A stretch of DNA of 53,823 nucleotides, counting the filler, from Sluysia triapertura (Eukaryota): the NCBI GenBank assembly GCA_046118255.1. It is 4 parts of 4 records of this genome, joined end to end, with 100 filler letters (N's around TTAATTAATTAA, not from the genome) between each part and the next. Parts side by side here need not be neighbours in the genome. Positions count along the whole stretch, not along the records: positions 27,217 to 42,954 come from JBJNIA010220578.1; positions 43,055 to 53,823 come from JBJNIA010193715.1; 2 more parts are not named here. One strand, 5' to 3'. The position numbers and the translations under genes were made by a program. Positions 39,349 through 50,679 of the stretch are shown in pieces. Under the pieces are notes generated by a model. The model saw nothing but the letters and a program-made list of their open reading frames with translations. It was not told the origin of the DNA and ran no database searches. Every line of letters begins with the position of its first letter. Position 1 is the first letter of the stretch.

Positions 39349-39543
39349 ATCCCAAATCTGTAATTTAATTCTCAATCCATAAACATCAAAGGCTTTTATT
39401 TTAAAATCGACTCCAATAGTAGTTAAAAATGTTGAATTAAATTGATCATCTGTATAACGAAGTAATATGCTTGTTTTGCCAACACTCGAGTCTCCAATAA
39501 GTAATAGTTTGATTAAATGATCATAAGGGTTAAATCCATCCAT
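39349..39543 (-). pseudogene. Rab8/Rab10/Sec4-subfamily GTPase, 5' fragment
   Basis: [50 protein letters not shown]...IKLQIWD. Homology stops before TAGQE, with no usable GT donor at the junction and no downstream exon seen. Confidence 0.85.
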
Positions 39544-42500
39544 TATAGGTTGAAAATATTTAAAATAATTAATGAATAAATTTTTTTGAAGTATCACATT
39601 CAAATAAAATTATTAATAATTTCAAGACAGTGTATGAAATGATGCACGTATATAATTTCAATTTAATTGACATTGTACATTTTACCATAAGCAATAAAAA
39701 TTATTGATATGCATTTCGAATATTATTTATCAACAAAATGTAAAGTAACATCTTACAAAAAATAATAATCCTCGTGACTTGTATTTTACCAACACAATGT
39801 GTAAGTGACGAGTAAAATCGAAATATTGTTGCATTTGAATCAAACTACTAAAATGAATTGGCTGATCATTGGTTCAATAAATCATGAATCACATGACATA
39901 TGGCATGACTTTAGAAGATTGTTTTCCATAGCAAAAGGAGCAACATTATCACCGTCATCTAATTGTTCGTACTGCGCAGTTAGGTTATGACGATGCATTA
40001 CAATTACGATGCATCTATTACAATTACGATGTATATACATTACGATGCATTAATGTATATACATTAATACTATTAACATTGCCTCAGGGCCTAGCTCTTT
40101 TTGAATCACTTGCTCATACATATCTATAAACTTTTCACTTAAAGGATCGTCATTATTTGTCTGCGTGTATACAACTTTATTAGGTGAATGATAATATCTT
40201 TAGAATGAGTTAGTAAAACTAGTACATTTTTGTAGCAGTGGTAATAGCCTTGGACTTTTCTTTAACATTTGTTACATTAATTTTTGCTAGAAGGAAATTA
40301 TAAAAAGAAAACTATAAAATACAAAAAAATATAAAATAAAATATTGCAATATACGGATAAAAATGTATTGTATCATAATGGTGGCAAGATGACAATGCGT
40401 TGTGTTTTATTTTGATCTAAAAATATTAGTAAAAAGGATTTTATTAGGCATCTGCAACTTTATAAGGATGTGTGTTGTAATGTTGTGAACGATATTGATA
40501 AGACTTGTTATAATGTAATATTTTGTAATAAGGATTGTGTCGATGAATGTTATGATTGATGTGATACATAGGTAGGTGTAGGATGGGCCACCACAAATAG
40601 TTTCATAGAAACTTTGAAAAATGTTCTTTACCCAAATGAATTGATCATAATTACACATACATGCTTTGAGACAGAATTAATTTAAAATGTGAAGAGTTAA
40701 AAAGAATAAACATGCATACAAAATGCAGACATATATACATTTTATATATACACATGCATATAAACAAGAATGAGAAAGGTAAGATGGTGTAATTTTGACA
40801 ATAACGAAAGTTATAATGACAATTAAAAAATGAAGTTTAAATTGAATTGTTACTTAGTTTAATGTAATGTAAATGTGTAAAAATTAAAAAATGTAAATGT
40901 AATTATTTATTTTTTAAATTAAAAAATGATTTAATTTAGTGCATTAATTTAGTTGCCATAAAAAATATTTTATTAAATTTATTAATTAATATTTTTATTG
41001 TAAAATAGTTTTAGATATTAGTATTTTAAATTATTATTATTATTAAAAAGTATATTTTAAAAATATTATTATTATTAGTTAAAGTAGCACGAAATATAAT
41101 CAAAAATATATTATTATTAAAAGCACAAAATATCATCAGTATTATTATCGTAACTTAATATTGTTAGTGTACTATTATAATTCAGCGTAGTATCACATTA
41201 GTCACCATTAAATGAATAACAGAACAAAACAAACATTAGTTTTAGAGTTTGATTTCAACGTTTAAATTTATAGTAAAAGTTTTTCGTTATACTTTGATTT
41301 GTGTTAAAAATTATTTTTGGCTATCAATTAATAGAAAAAGGATACGAATTTTAACTATAACGTTTTGGTGACGTTAGTTAATAATTGATTCATAAATATA
41401 TCATTTTAAAATATTTTATAATATAAATTATCAGCTTTTTAAAGTAAAATTTATTACTGAATTAAAGTTTTATAGTAAAATTATTATTATTAATTAATAA
41501 TAATTATTAACCAACTATTTAATTAGTATTATCATTGTTTGAAATCGCATTTGTAAAATTATAGAATTGTTGCGTTTTTAGAATTAAAGAATTGTTTAAA
41601 ATTGTTTTTTTTCTTTTTTTAAATACGTTGTATATTGTGATTCAAATAATATAAATCAATAAATTGATTTATTTTATTATTAAAGTCTATGAAAAGTTAT
41701 AAAAAGAGATAATATTAACAAGTGTATAAAGTAAACAAAAATTTTGCATAATATAATAAAAGAATTGCATTAAAAAATCAAAGTGTAAATTAACCGTGTG
41801 TACTAACTCCTTACATTTAAGGATTAACCATAAATATTAAATTAGTTTTTTCGACCACGATTTGAATTAAAGAATCTTATTTTAACATATTTAAGTAACG
41901 TCACTAGCAAGAAAATAACTTTAGAATAAAACACAATTGAGATTAAATATTCTTTTATACCTCAATTATTTGCATTTGCTTTAAAAAAAGGCTGACTTAT
42001 ACGCATTGGCACTTATATTTATATATAAATCAAATTATAATTTTTACAAATTAACAAATTCTCACAGTAATAATGTTGATGATAGAGGTTATGATAACAA
42101 TAAATATAAATAATGATAATTATGTACAATGACTATGCTTGTTTTTTAAATGACTCAAGTAATTTGTTTAGTGTTTTGTTTATGTAAGAAATGTTCATAT
42201 TTGATGAAGTGTGTTTGTGATTTTGATGTAACTTCCCTACGTTTATATGAAATAATTATTAATGGGAACTATTTAGTTGAAGCCGCATTCATTTGAAATA
42301 TTTATTAAAGTTTATCACAATGAATTGATTATTGAACGTCACATTGAATTAATTCGGATTATAATACTGAGTAAGATATATTTTAATTTTAATTTTTACT
42401 TATATAAGATTATAAAATTTTGTTTTATAAAACCATAAATATAAAATAAAATAAAGCTAATCATTTTAACTGAGTTATATTATTAAAACTATATTGTTTC

Positions 42501-42806
42501 AATTGTTTGATTATTAATTCGAAATAAATTTTTTGTAGTTTTACTTCGTTTCTTTGTGTAATAAAAAGGGATTGAGAATAGAGCTTCAAGATAAAATCGA
42601 AGTTCTAAAAGTAAAGTATACAAAATAAAAGTTCTTTTGCAATAGATTAAGATTATTTTAACTTAAAATTTTAATAGGGTAAAATGAAGTTTCATAAAGT
42701 AGAATAAAGATAAAGTGTAATTACACGAAAGTGATCGAGACATAACAGGCATTTAACGATTCTACAGAATAAATAAGTTATTAAGCACTTCTATCTCGAA
42801 CAAATG

Positions 42807-42954
42807 ATATATTAATTTATATTGCGCCCAAATCTACCGCGAAAGTACTCAAAAGCGCTTGAGGTAAATCATTCACCATATTTCTGAAACAGAAAGAACT
42901 TTGCTTTTTTCTTAAATATTTCATAATCTTCTAGCAATTTGACATTATCTGGTA
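42807..42954 (-). mobile_element. 3' end of LINE family A at contig end
   Basis: Reads PDNVKLLEDYEIFKKKAKFFLFQKYGE* (cf. WNxLP...FKKxLK ORF2 C-terminus), then a CTCAAGCGCTTTTGAG hairpin and AT tail. Matches 1-95. Confidence 0.75.
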
Positions 42955-43054
42955 NNNNNNNNNNNNNNNNNNNNNNNNNNNNNNNNNNNNNNNNNNNNTT
43001 AATTAATTAANNNNNNNNNNNNNNNNNNNNNNNNNNNNNNNNNNNNNNNNNNNN
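42955..43054. other. Assembly linker/gap
   Basis: 44 N + TTAATTAATTAA + 44 N. Confidence 0.98.
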
Positions 43055-43499
43055 CTTGCCTAAAATCTCACTCAAAATCAATTAAAATTTTAGCTATCGT
43101 TTCCTGATAGCAGATTAAAATAACTACCAAAATTTATTACTTTGGATTATTTATAAAAATAATCAAATCAAACTTATTATAAATATTATAGCTGACTATT
43201 ACATATTAGAATATTTATATAATTTTTGTATCTAACACATTGTACATTTTTGAAAATATAAATTATAGAGTTTACGACGTAGTTATATTTATTAAAATAC
43301 CTAATTTGGACATAGGTTCTATATAAAGAATCTAATTAAAATCAAAAATTAATCCACAGGTTCGTTTCATCGAATCTTATTAAAATCATCCTAAAAGGTT
43401 CGTATAATCGAATCCTATTAAAATCAGTGAATTATATTATTTTTAAAATACTTAAATTACTTAAAATTTTGAAGACCTCATTATAAATTAAATTAAATT

Positions 43500-43586
43500 T
43501 TTAACTATAAATCCAACGGTTGGCCATTAAGTTAGTAAGTCCAATACGTTGGTGGACTCACCTATCATTTTTTAAGCCTTATTCTA
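43500..43586 (+). mobile_element. 3' end of LINE family B, copy 3
   Basis: CCAACG(43513-43518)...CGTTGG(43547-43552), TGGACTCA, and TTATTCTA (43579-43586). Confidence 0.6.
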
Positions 43587-44029
43587 CGCAAACAAATCTT
43601 GCATCTTTATCACTGTCTACATCCATTGTTTTATAAAGTAGGCAGAACAATTTATAAAATAATAGAAATATTGCTTTAAATAATAGCAACGACACACGAG
43701 ACACATATATTCAAAAACAGAGATATTATAAATATTTTCTAAAGATAGGGACTGAATTAGCACTACTTTTAAATAAAGATAAAACTCTTTAAGTTGCCAA
43801 ATTTTTAAGGTACTGCTATTTTTCTTCAGTTTCAACATTTCTTTATCATGCTGAATAACATAAACTGTCTAAATAATGCGGTTCTAGATTTTTCCCTTAT
43901 TTCGACATTAGCGATTGATTTATAATCTTTTAGACTTGCTAAAAATAAGTCTGGAAAAAATGTTTCAATAAAATATTTTGAAAAATAAAATTATAGCATT
44001 TCTTTAATTTTCAGCTACAACTTAATTAA

Positions 44030-44163
44030 CACGTTCGCTACCAGCGTCGCAAATATGTGGCGTGTCTACCTTATCAGTTTTCGATAAGGTGTTGCATTCT
44101 TTTTTCGCAATTTAAAGTTATTTCCGTGGGCTGTGATGGTACAAGATTTTACTCTCAAACGTA
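44030..44163 (+). mobile_element. piggyBac-like MITE, copy 2
   Basis: TTAA|CACGTT...AACGTA|TTAA; internal sequence shared with 21187-21403. Confidence 0.65.
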
Positions 44164-44207
44164 TTAACTATAAGTATGACTAATGATAAAATAATGATAA
44201 TACTAAC

Positions 44208-47200
44208 TTTTACAAAACTTGTCATCTCAGTTTCTGTTTTAGAAGAATACGAAAACGTTTGTCTAGGTCCATTAAAGTTTATAGTAGTAAAGATATTAAA
44301 TGAGTAAATTGTATCCAAATTATTTTTTACCTTTTCCGATACAATGATGTTATCATGTGAAACATTTTGGCATAATTGATAACAGAGATCAACGGGTTCA
44401 CCCCAGACATCGAAAAATGGCTTAAAATGACCAATAACACCAGCGTAAACTTGACCCATGTTGCAACCAATACTTAATGTCAATGGTTCATTAATCATAT
44501 TACTGTGTTTGCGGTTAAATGATATCATCGATTCATGCTAAACATGAAAATGTATTAAGAATTTGAATAGTTATTAATAGTTATTTTAGTAATAGATATT
44601 TGTAATAAAAGTTAAGAAAAATTATAAACGGAAATCTTGTGCGTGCTGAAGAAATGATAAACCCTAACAATGACACAAGAACTAAGTGAAATTTCGAAGG
44701 TTAATATTTCAAAATATTCCTATAATTATTTTGTTATTTATATTTTTTAGATTCACATCATAGATAACAAAATTACTTAAATTCTTGTAACAGTCAAGAA
44801 TTTTGTAAAGTTTACGAATTTTCAAGTTAATAAGTTATTGACTATTGGAAATAAATTTCAATGTTCTTTCAAATCTTATAGTGAAAAAATTGCAAAAAGG
44901 TAGTGAAAAAATGTGAAATCTTATAAAATAAATTCCGAAATTATTTGTCTCTCATTTTAAAGAATAACTATTTTAAAAGTTAAAATTAATACTAACAATG
45001 TGTATAGCATAGTCCATAAGCTGAATCATATGATCATAAGTAGTTAAGTTTTTTAAATTAATAAACTTTGATAAACCAGAAGTTAAAAAATATATTTCAC
45101 CAATACATTTGACTTTCTCCAAATCTGGATATTTGGCATTGTCAACTAAAACATCCATTGCATAAAACAATTTATGAAGTAACAGCAATATGTGATCACT
45201 ATCTCCTTTTGCCAACAATTTATGAAAATTGTCTACGAAAATAAACAATAGACCGATTTTATCAGCAAGCATAGCAAAATGAATATTATGTAAATCATTA
45301 ACACATGGTCCAAGTTTCAAATAATTTGCAATAAAAATCGGTATGTTATTATAAATAAAATCGTACGAATTTTCCTTAACTATTTTTAAATCTGAATCAC
45401 AGATTTCAGAATCTCGATAAATTAAAAACCATAATCGACGATTTAATTCATTATTACGAATAACTAAAATCAGTACAATAAAGAAAAATCCAATTTGAAT
45501 AGCATAATACTTTTGAAATTCTTTATTAAAGTATAACGCTGTAATATTTTGAAGACTTAGACAAGATTGTAAAATATCTTCACATTTATATTGTTGTTTA
45601 GAAAAACAAGATGGCCAAAACACGATAATATAAATCAAACAAACATTTAATAAACAAATTAATATTTTAAACCAATAATGAGCACTTATGAATATTGGTG
45701 TAAAAAATAATGAAAAAAATAAAATAAAATAATAATTGTATGTAAATTGATAATCAACAAATAATAGTTGATATTTGTATTGTAATAGACATATTAATAT
45801 TGGAGAAATCGAAAAATATGAACAAATAAAATAACAACTAAACGAAAAATAAAATTTGAAAAATTTTCCCAAAGCACTAAAATCATCTTCAGTTGAAGTA
45901 AGATATTTACACAACGAAGTAATATAAGTAATTAAAAAATTGATTAAAACAGTTGAAATTATCACAATGCATATGTAAATATTAGGATTTAATAAAATTA
46001 TCATTGCTAAATAGTAAAATACTGAAAATAATGAGCATGCTAAAGAATCGAAAAATGGTGCATATCTCAATGATGCTATATTCTGATCTCGTATTTCTAA
46101 AACACCTATATTACGAAAGTGCCATTCTGTTTCGCGATCAGAAAATAATAATATTATAAATTTAGTTGGTAACTTTTTAAACCACGAATAAGATTTTTGT
46201 GGATCAAATTTCATCATTTCAATAAAACGAATATCTTTTTCGACTTTTTCAAACATCTTTATATCACTGTGAGAACTATCCGAATCATTATCCGCAGGTC
46301 GTGTTCTATATGATTCTTCTGAAAAATAATGTGAAAGTTTACTTAAATTGTCATTAGGATTAGTTGGTATTTTGTCATTAATTGTTGAACTAGTACCAGA
46401 TGATGGATTTATATAATAGGTATTTATTATTTTTTTGGTTAATTTAAATTCAAATGAATCACCTTTTTCTATTGGATAAACTCGTTTCATACGTTGAAAA
46501 ACTGCTTCAGAAATAATAATATAATTCGGAGTACAAATATAACTGATCGCTTTAGCAATTTCGATATCGTGTGAATAAATATCAAAACGATAACGATTTT
46601 TACCTAATATAGCTCCATAAATTGAACCAGTATGAATACCGATTTGTAATTTCAATTTTATACTGTGTAAAGATGAAAATGTTACCAAAGCGTGATACAT
46701 ATTTAAACCTAATTCAATACAGGCGGCAATGTGATCTTGATTAGGAGTTGGACAACCAGAAACACAATAATACATATAACCACAATTGCCTACTTTTTCA
46801 CAATTTAAAGCTAAACAAAGTTTATCAAAATCAGAAAATAATGAATTTAGTAAACTAACAGTATTCTCCTGGGGCTTTATATCAGCTTCTTCAAATCCAA
46901 GAATATTTGAAAATAAAATACTTACATTATTATATTTACGTATAAATACCCAAGAATTTGCTTTTACATCATTAATATGATTCCAATATTCTTCTTTTAT
47001 ATCATTTGGCATAAATGCAGCAAGATATTCTATTTGATTTATTCTCAAAGCACGAATATTATATCTTGTTTTCATATAATTACCCATAAGTTTAAATGCT
47101 TCACGACGTCTTAATGTAGTAACACTGTACGTATAAATGCAAATAATTAAAAAACCAAGTCCTAAAATAAAATTACAGAAAAAATTTCCTAAACCATCAA

Positions 47201-47828
47201 AATTTCTTGTTGGCAATTGAACTAAATTATACGTTGTATAGGTTGAATATTTTAAATTAAAATCTATTTTTTGTTTATCAGACAAAAATGTCTCTAGCCA
47301 CAATAAACGTGCAGCAAATAATATGAATCCGTATGATATGAGAAAAATACTTATTAGTAAATTAAAACTAAAACTGGCCATACAAAACAAAAGAAAATTT
47401 ACTTGAAGAAATGGCAAAAATTTGTAATCATAAATTGAAACATTGATCATTTTCGATAGCATATATAATAAAATAAATAATAATACAACACCATAATGAA
47501 GTACTGTTAAATGTCCATATTCAATTATTTCATTTGTATTCTTGATAAATGGAGTGAGAACGTATGAAACTATAATTGAAAAATAAAATATAAATCTCAG
47601 AATTAAGTCAAAGTTATCGTCTGCTACACATTTCCCATTTGTTAATAATACTGCGAAACTGGCCAGGATTATGAATTTAAGAGCTAACTTTAAATTGTTG
47701 ACATTGTATTTAGATGTAATTTCATTGTAGAAATTTTCAACGACACGCGAAGTAAAACTAAAAGCATTAAATGATTCTTTTATCAATATACTGAAATCAT
47801 GTCTATTTGACGTTTTTGTTTTTTGCAT
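44208..47828 (-). CDS. Membrane adenylate cyclase 9-like protein (predicted catalytically inactive); exons 47828-44997 and 44537-44208 (or to stop at 44118)
   Basis: TM cluster, C1 (VSILFSNILGF...CEK...YYCVSGCP...IGIHTG...RFDIYS), second TM cluster, C2 (LEKVKCIGE...IGCNMG...AGVIG...FDVWGE). A phase-0 GTTAGT...TTTAG intron (44996-44538) joins C2 in frame. Another GTTAGT donor lies at 44207. Confidence 0.9.
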
Positions 47829-48589
47829 TTATTGATATATTTATTCAGTAATATAAATTATAAAATAATAATGAGGCAATAATAAGCTTTGATGATTTCA
47901 AGAATATATCATCACTTGATGGATATTTTAAGTTGATTATCTTTAGCAGAAATATTTTAATCAAATATTTTATTGTTGTTAAGTGTTTTTACAAGCTTGT
48001 TGATTATTTTATGATCATGGAAAGATATATTACAAATGTATAACTATTCGGTTTTGAAACACCAACATTATCGAAATAAAAATTACATTATCGAAATTAC
48101 TTATATTGTTATATTTCATTAAATGGTTTACGATTGTTTCAATGTGCTTAAACGAACTCTTTATATCAGGCAATAATTCTGATTTACAAATAGTTATGTA
48201 TGCTTTATGTGATTTAAACTTTAAAATTTTGTAAATGCAAATCAAGATTTGTGTCTAAATTATTATTATTGTTAATGTAAACTTCTACTAATTTATTTTA
48301 CGAATAATATCTATGCTCCATATTAATATGTTCAATCTACTTTATCTGAAGGTATATATTCGAATATTCTTCTCAGTTGTTCAATATAGAAGTGCTTAAC
48401 AATTTAGTTTTCTAAGGATTATAAATTTTAATTATAATTATATTTTGACTTTGTTACGGTAATGGTAGCTTAGACGAAATTTCAAAACGTAATTTCGTTT
48501 AATTGACTTTATAAAAATTTTAATTCGATTTTAAACACTTTAATTCTCAAAACCTTTAAAATACTTTATTTTCTTTTATGAAAAATTTT

Positions 48590-48623
48590 CGGGCCTAGTT
48601 GCCTAGGCCTCAGTCCGCCCCTG
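48590..48623 (-). mobile_element. Orphan hAT-like terminus
   Basis: Revcomp CAGGGGCGGACTGAGGCCTAGGCAACTAGGCCC, a GC-rich CAGGG-type TIR/subterminal motif. Confidence 0.4.
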
Positions 48624-48821
48624 TACTTAAATGTATATTTTATGAATGAAAATGACAAAATTGTTTTATAGGTCATTACTATATTGCACGCTTATATCTA
48701 ATAAAAGATCTTCGATAAAGTAAGTTTTGGTATGTAAAAATAATAAAGGTGCTTTGTTAATTAAAATTATTGGAAAACATTTCACATTATTTTTATTGAA
48801 TGTGATGGTCATGAATTATCT

Positions 48822-49438
48822 CAGGCGTGCGCAAACTTTTTAAGTTACGCCCTCCAACTTAATAAAAAATCATAATGCCACAATAAAAAAAACTTCATAA
48901 ATAAAATAAGGACCTTTTTAATAACAAAATGTATTTTTCTGTTTCTTATAAATTAAATATTATGAACAACAACACTTCTAATTCTTTTTCAAAAATAAAG
49001 AAAAATTAACAAAATTAAATTTTAATTCTTTATATCAAAAATGCATTATTATGTCTGTTAATATATTTCACTTCTGTGAAATATTAATATTTTTTCAACA
49101 CGTCGCTGTCATTTAATAGCTGCTACTTCGCGATTGTGATATCAGTGTACTAATGTTATTTTTAATTAACGGCTAAAAAAGCAAAACATCTATAATGCAC
49201 ATGTATAATTGCTTTATGAATTTGTAAGTATATTTTCTTTGAAATTTTATTCTTGATTATTGTTCTACATCAAGAACGTACATTATGGAATTAGATGATG
49301 GAATTACTTGAATTGGTAAAAAACAACAAAAAATATTCAAAGAATAACAAACTGTGTTTGTAAAATCTAACAATTTTAAAATTTTAAGCGCCCCCAAATT
49401 ATTATTTAGGGGTCTTGCCACTAGTTTGCGCACTTTTG
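48822..49438. mobile_element. hAT-type non-autonomous element (617 bp)
   Basis: TIRs CAGGCGTGCGCAAACT / AGTTTGCGCACTTTTG (13 of 16 match). 8-bp TSD not recognisable. Confidence 0.65.
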
Positions 49439-50039
49439 TGATATTTAACTCAATATAAATGTAGTTTTATGACAATCAATTATAAATCAATCTGAAACTA
49501 ATTCAGTCAAATATAAATTAATTATAATACCCCAATAACAATAAATTAACAATAAAAACTTAAGGTCCAACTAACCACGAATTTTTAGTCAGATTACTAA
49601 AGAAATGTAAAATAATAATTATTAAATGATAGTTTTATCGTATAATATTCTATGGTAAACGTCCATTTTGGAGGTTTGTCTGATGTTTTAAATTTATTAT
49701 TGACATTAAAAATAAAGTTTACTTGATTGTAAGAAAGTATAAAATAGTTACAAATATTAAATTTATTTATTTGAAATAAAATCATTGCTTTATTAAGTTT
49801 TTCTGACATGTATTTACAAATGAAATAATTAAAATAGACCTAGAATATATATTCAATATGAAATTTATCATTTTAATAAAACAATATTTTGTAACATAAA
49901 GTTTATATAATAATAAGTGTCGATTTATATTTGAATAGGCCACGCCCCATATTCTAATTCTTTCACTTAATAAAATAATAAAAATGTAATCACTGTAATC
50001 TAATAAAAATTGTAAAATATAATAGTTTATCTTGAAAAA

Positions 50040-50590
50040 AGACTTGTCATTATCAATGTGCTGCTTAGGATTGTCTAGGATGTGAGCTTTTGAACCAACT
50101 GGAATTTGGAAGCAATTCGGAATTGGAATCGAAGAATTCGCTAGAGGTTGTTGTTGTTTTCCCGATGTGACCAGGAATCCAGCAACATGTTCAGTCGTTT
50201 TACTAACTACTTCGATATCATACAACTGTTGTCTCAAAGCATTGATTCCATGTGTGAATACACAATGTAGTCCATACATAAGACATTGACCGGATTCTGA
50301 TGTCTCATACAAGCATTGACCGGTTTTGCAATAGAATAGGTGATAGAGACGTTCCATATCTCCTGCAAATTCATCATATGAAGTACAATAAACATCGGAA
50401 TTGTAATTGAATGTACCGTCAGATTTTCTCATTGGTGCACGACGGCGTTCATTTGGAATATGCCAATTGAAACATGTGAACATTTATGATGGAGAAATAA
50501 TAGACATTGGTGAGTTCGAAACTCATTTAAATAACGTGAATGTTGGCAATTTTCCTGACGTACAACATTAGAGCTTGGGGTAAATGCCAT
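50040..50590 (-). pseudogene. unk: Unkempt (CCCH zinc-finger RNA-binding protein) pseudogene, ZnF1-3 only
   Basis: From the ATG at 50590: ...YLNEFRTHQCLLFLHHKC/FTCFNWH...DGTFNYNSDVYCT.YDE/GD.ER.YHL.Y.KTG.C..ET...G.C...GLHC.F.HG...LR...YDI. One frameshifting and one in-frame deletion; 3' truncated. Confidence 0.9.
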
Positions 50591-50597
50591 GTAGAAT

Positions 50598-50598
<1 letters not shown>

Positions 50599-50643
<45 letters not shown>
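50599..50643. repeat. (AAT)14 microsatellite
   Basis: Perfect AAT run 50601-50642. Confidence 0.95.
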
Positions 50644-50679
50644 TTGACTATAATAAAATAAAATTTTTAGATGGGTCTG

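Noticed and set aside
39880-40200. YYHSPNKVVY similarity to Prp8, and a short CATTACAATTACGATG tandem repeat
   Set aside because: Similarity too short for such a conserved protein; the repeat is a local slippage duplication, not a CRISPR array.
43326-43430. ~38-bp direct repeats containing GGTTCG (B-box-like)
   Set aside because: No A box or cloverleaf; simple local tandem duplication.
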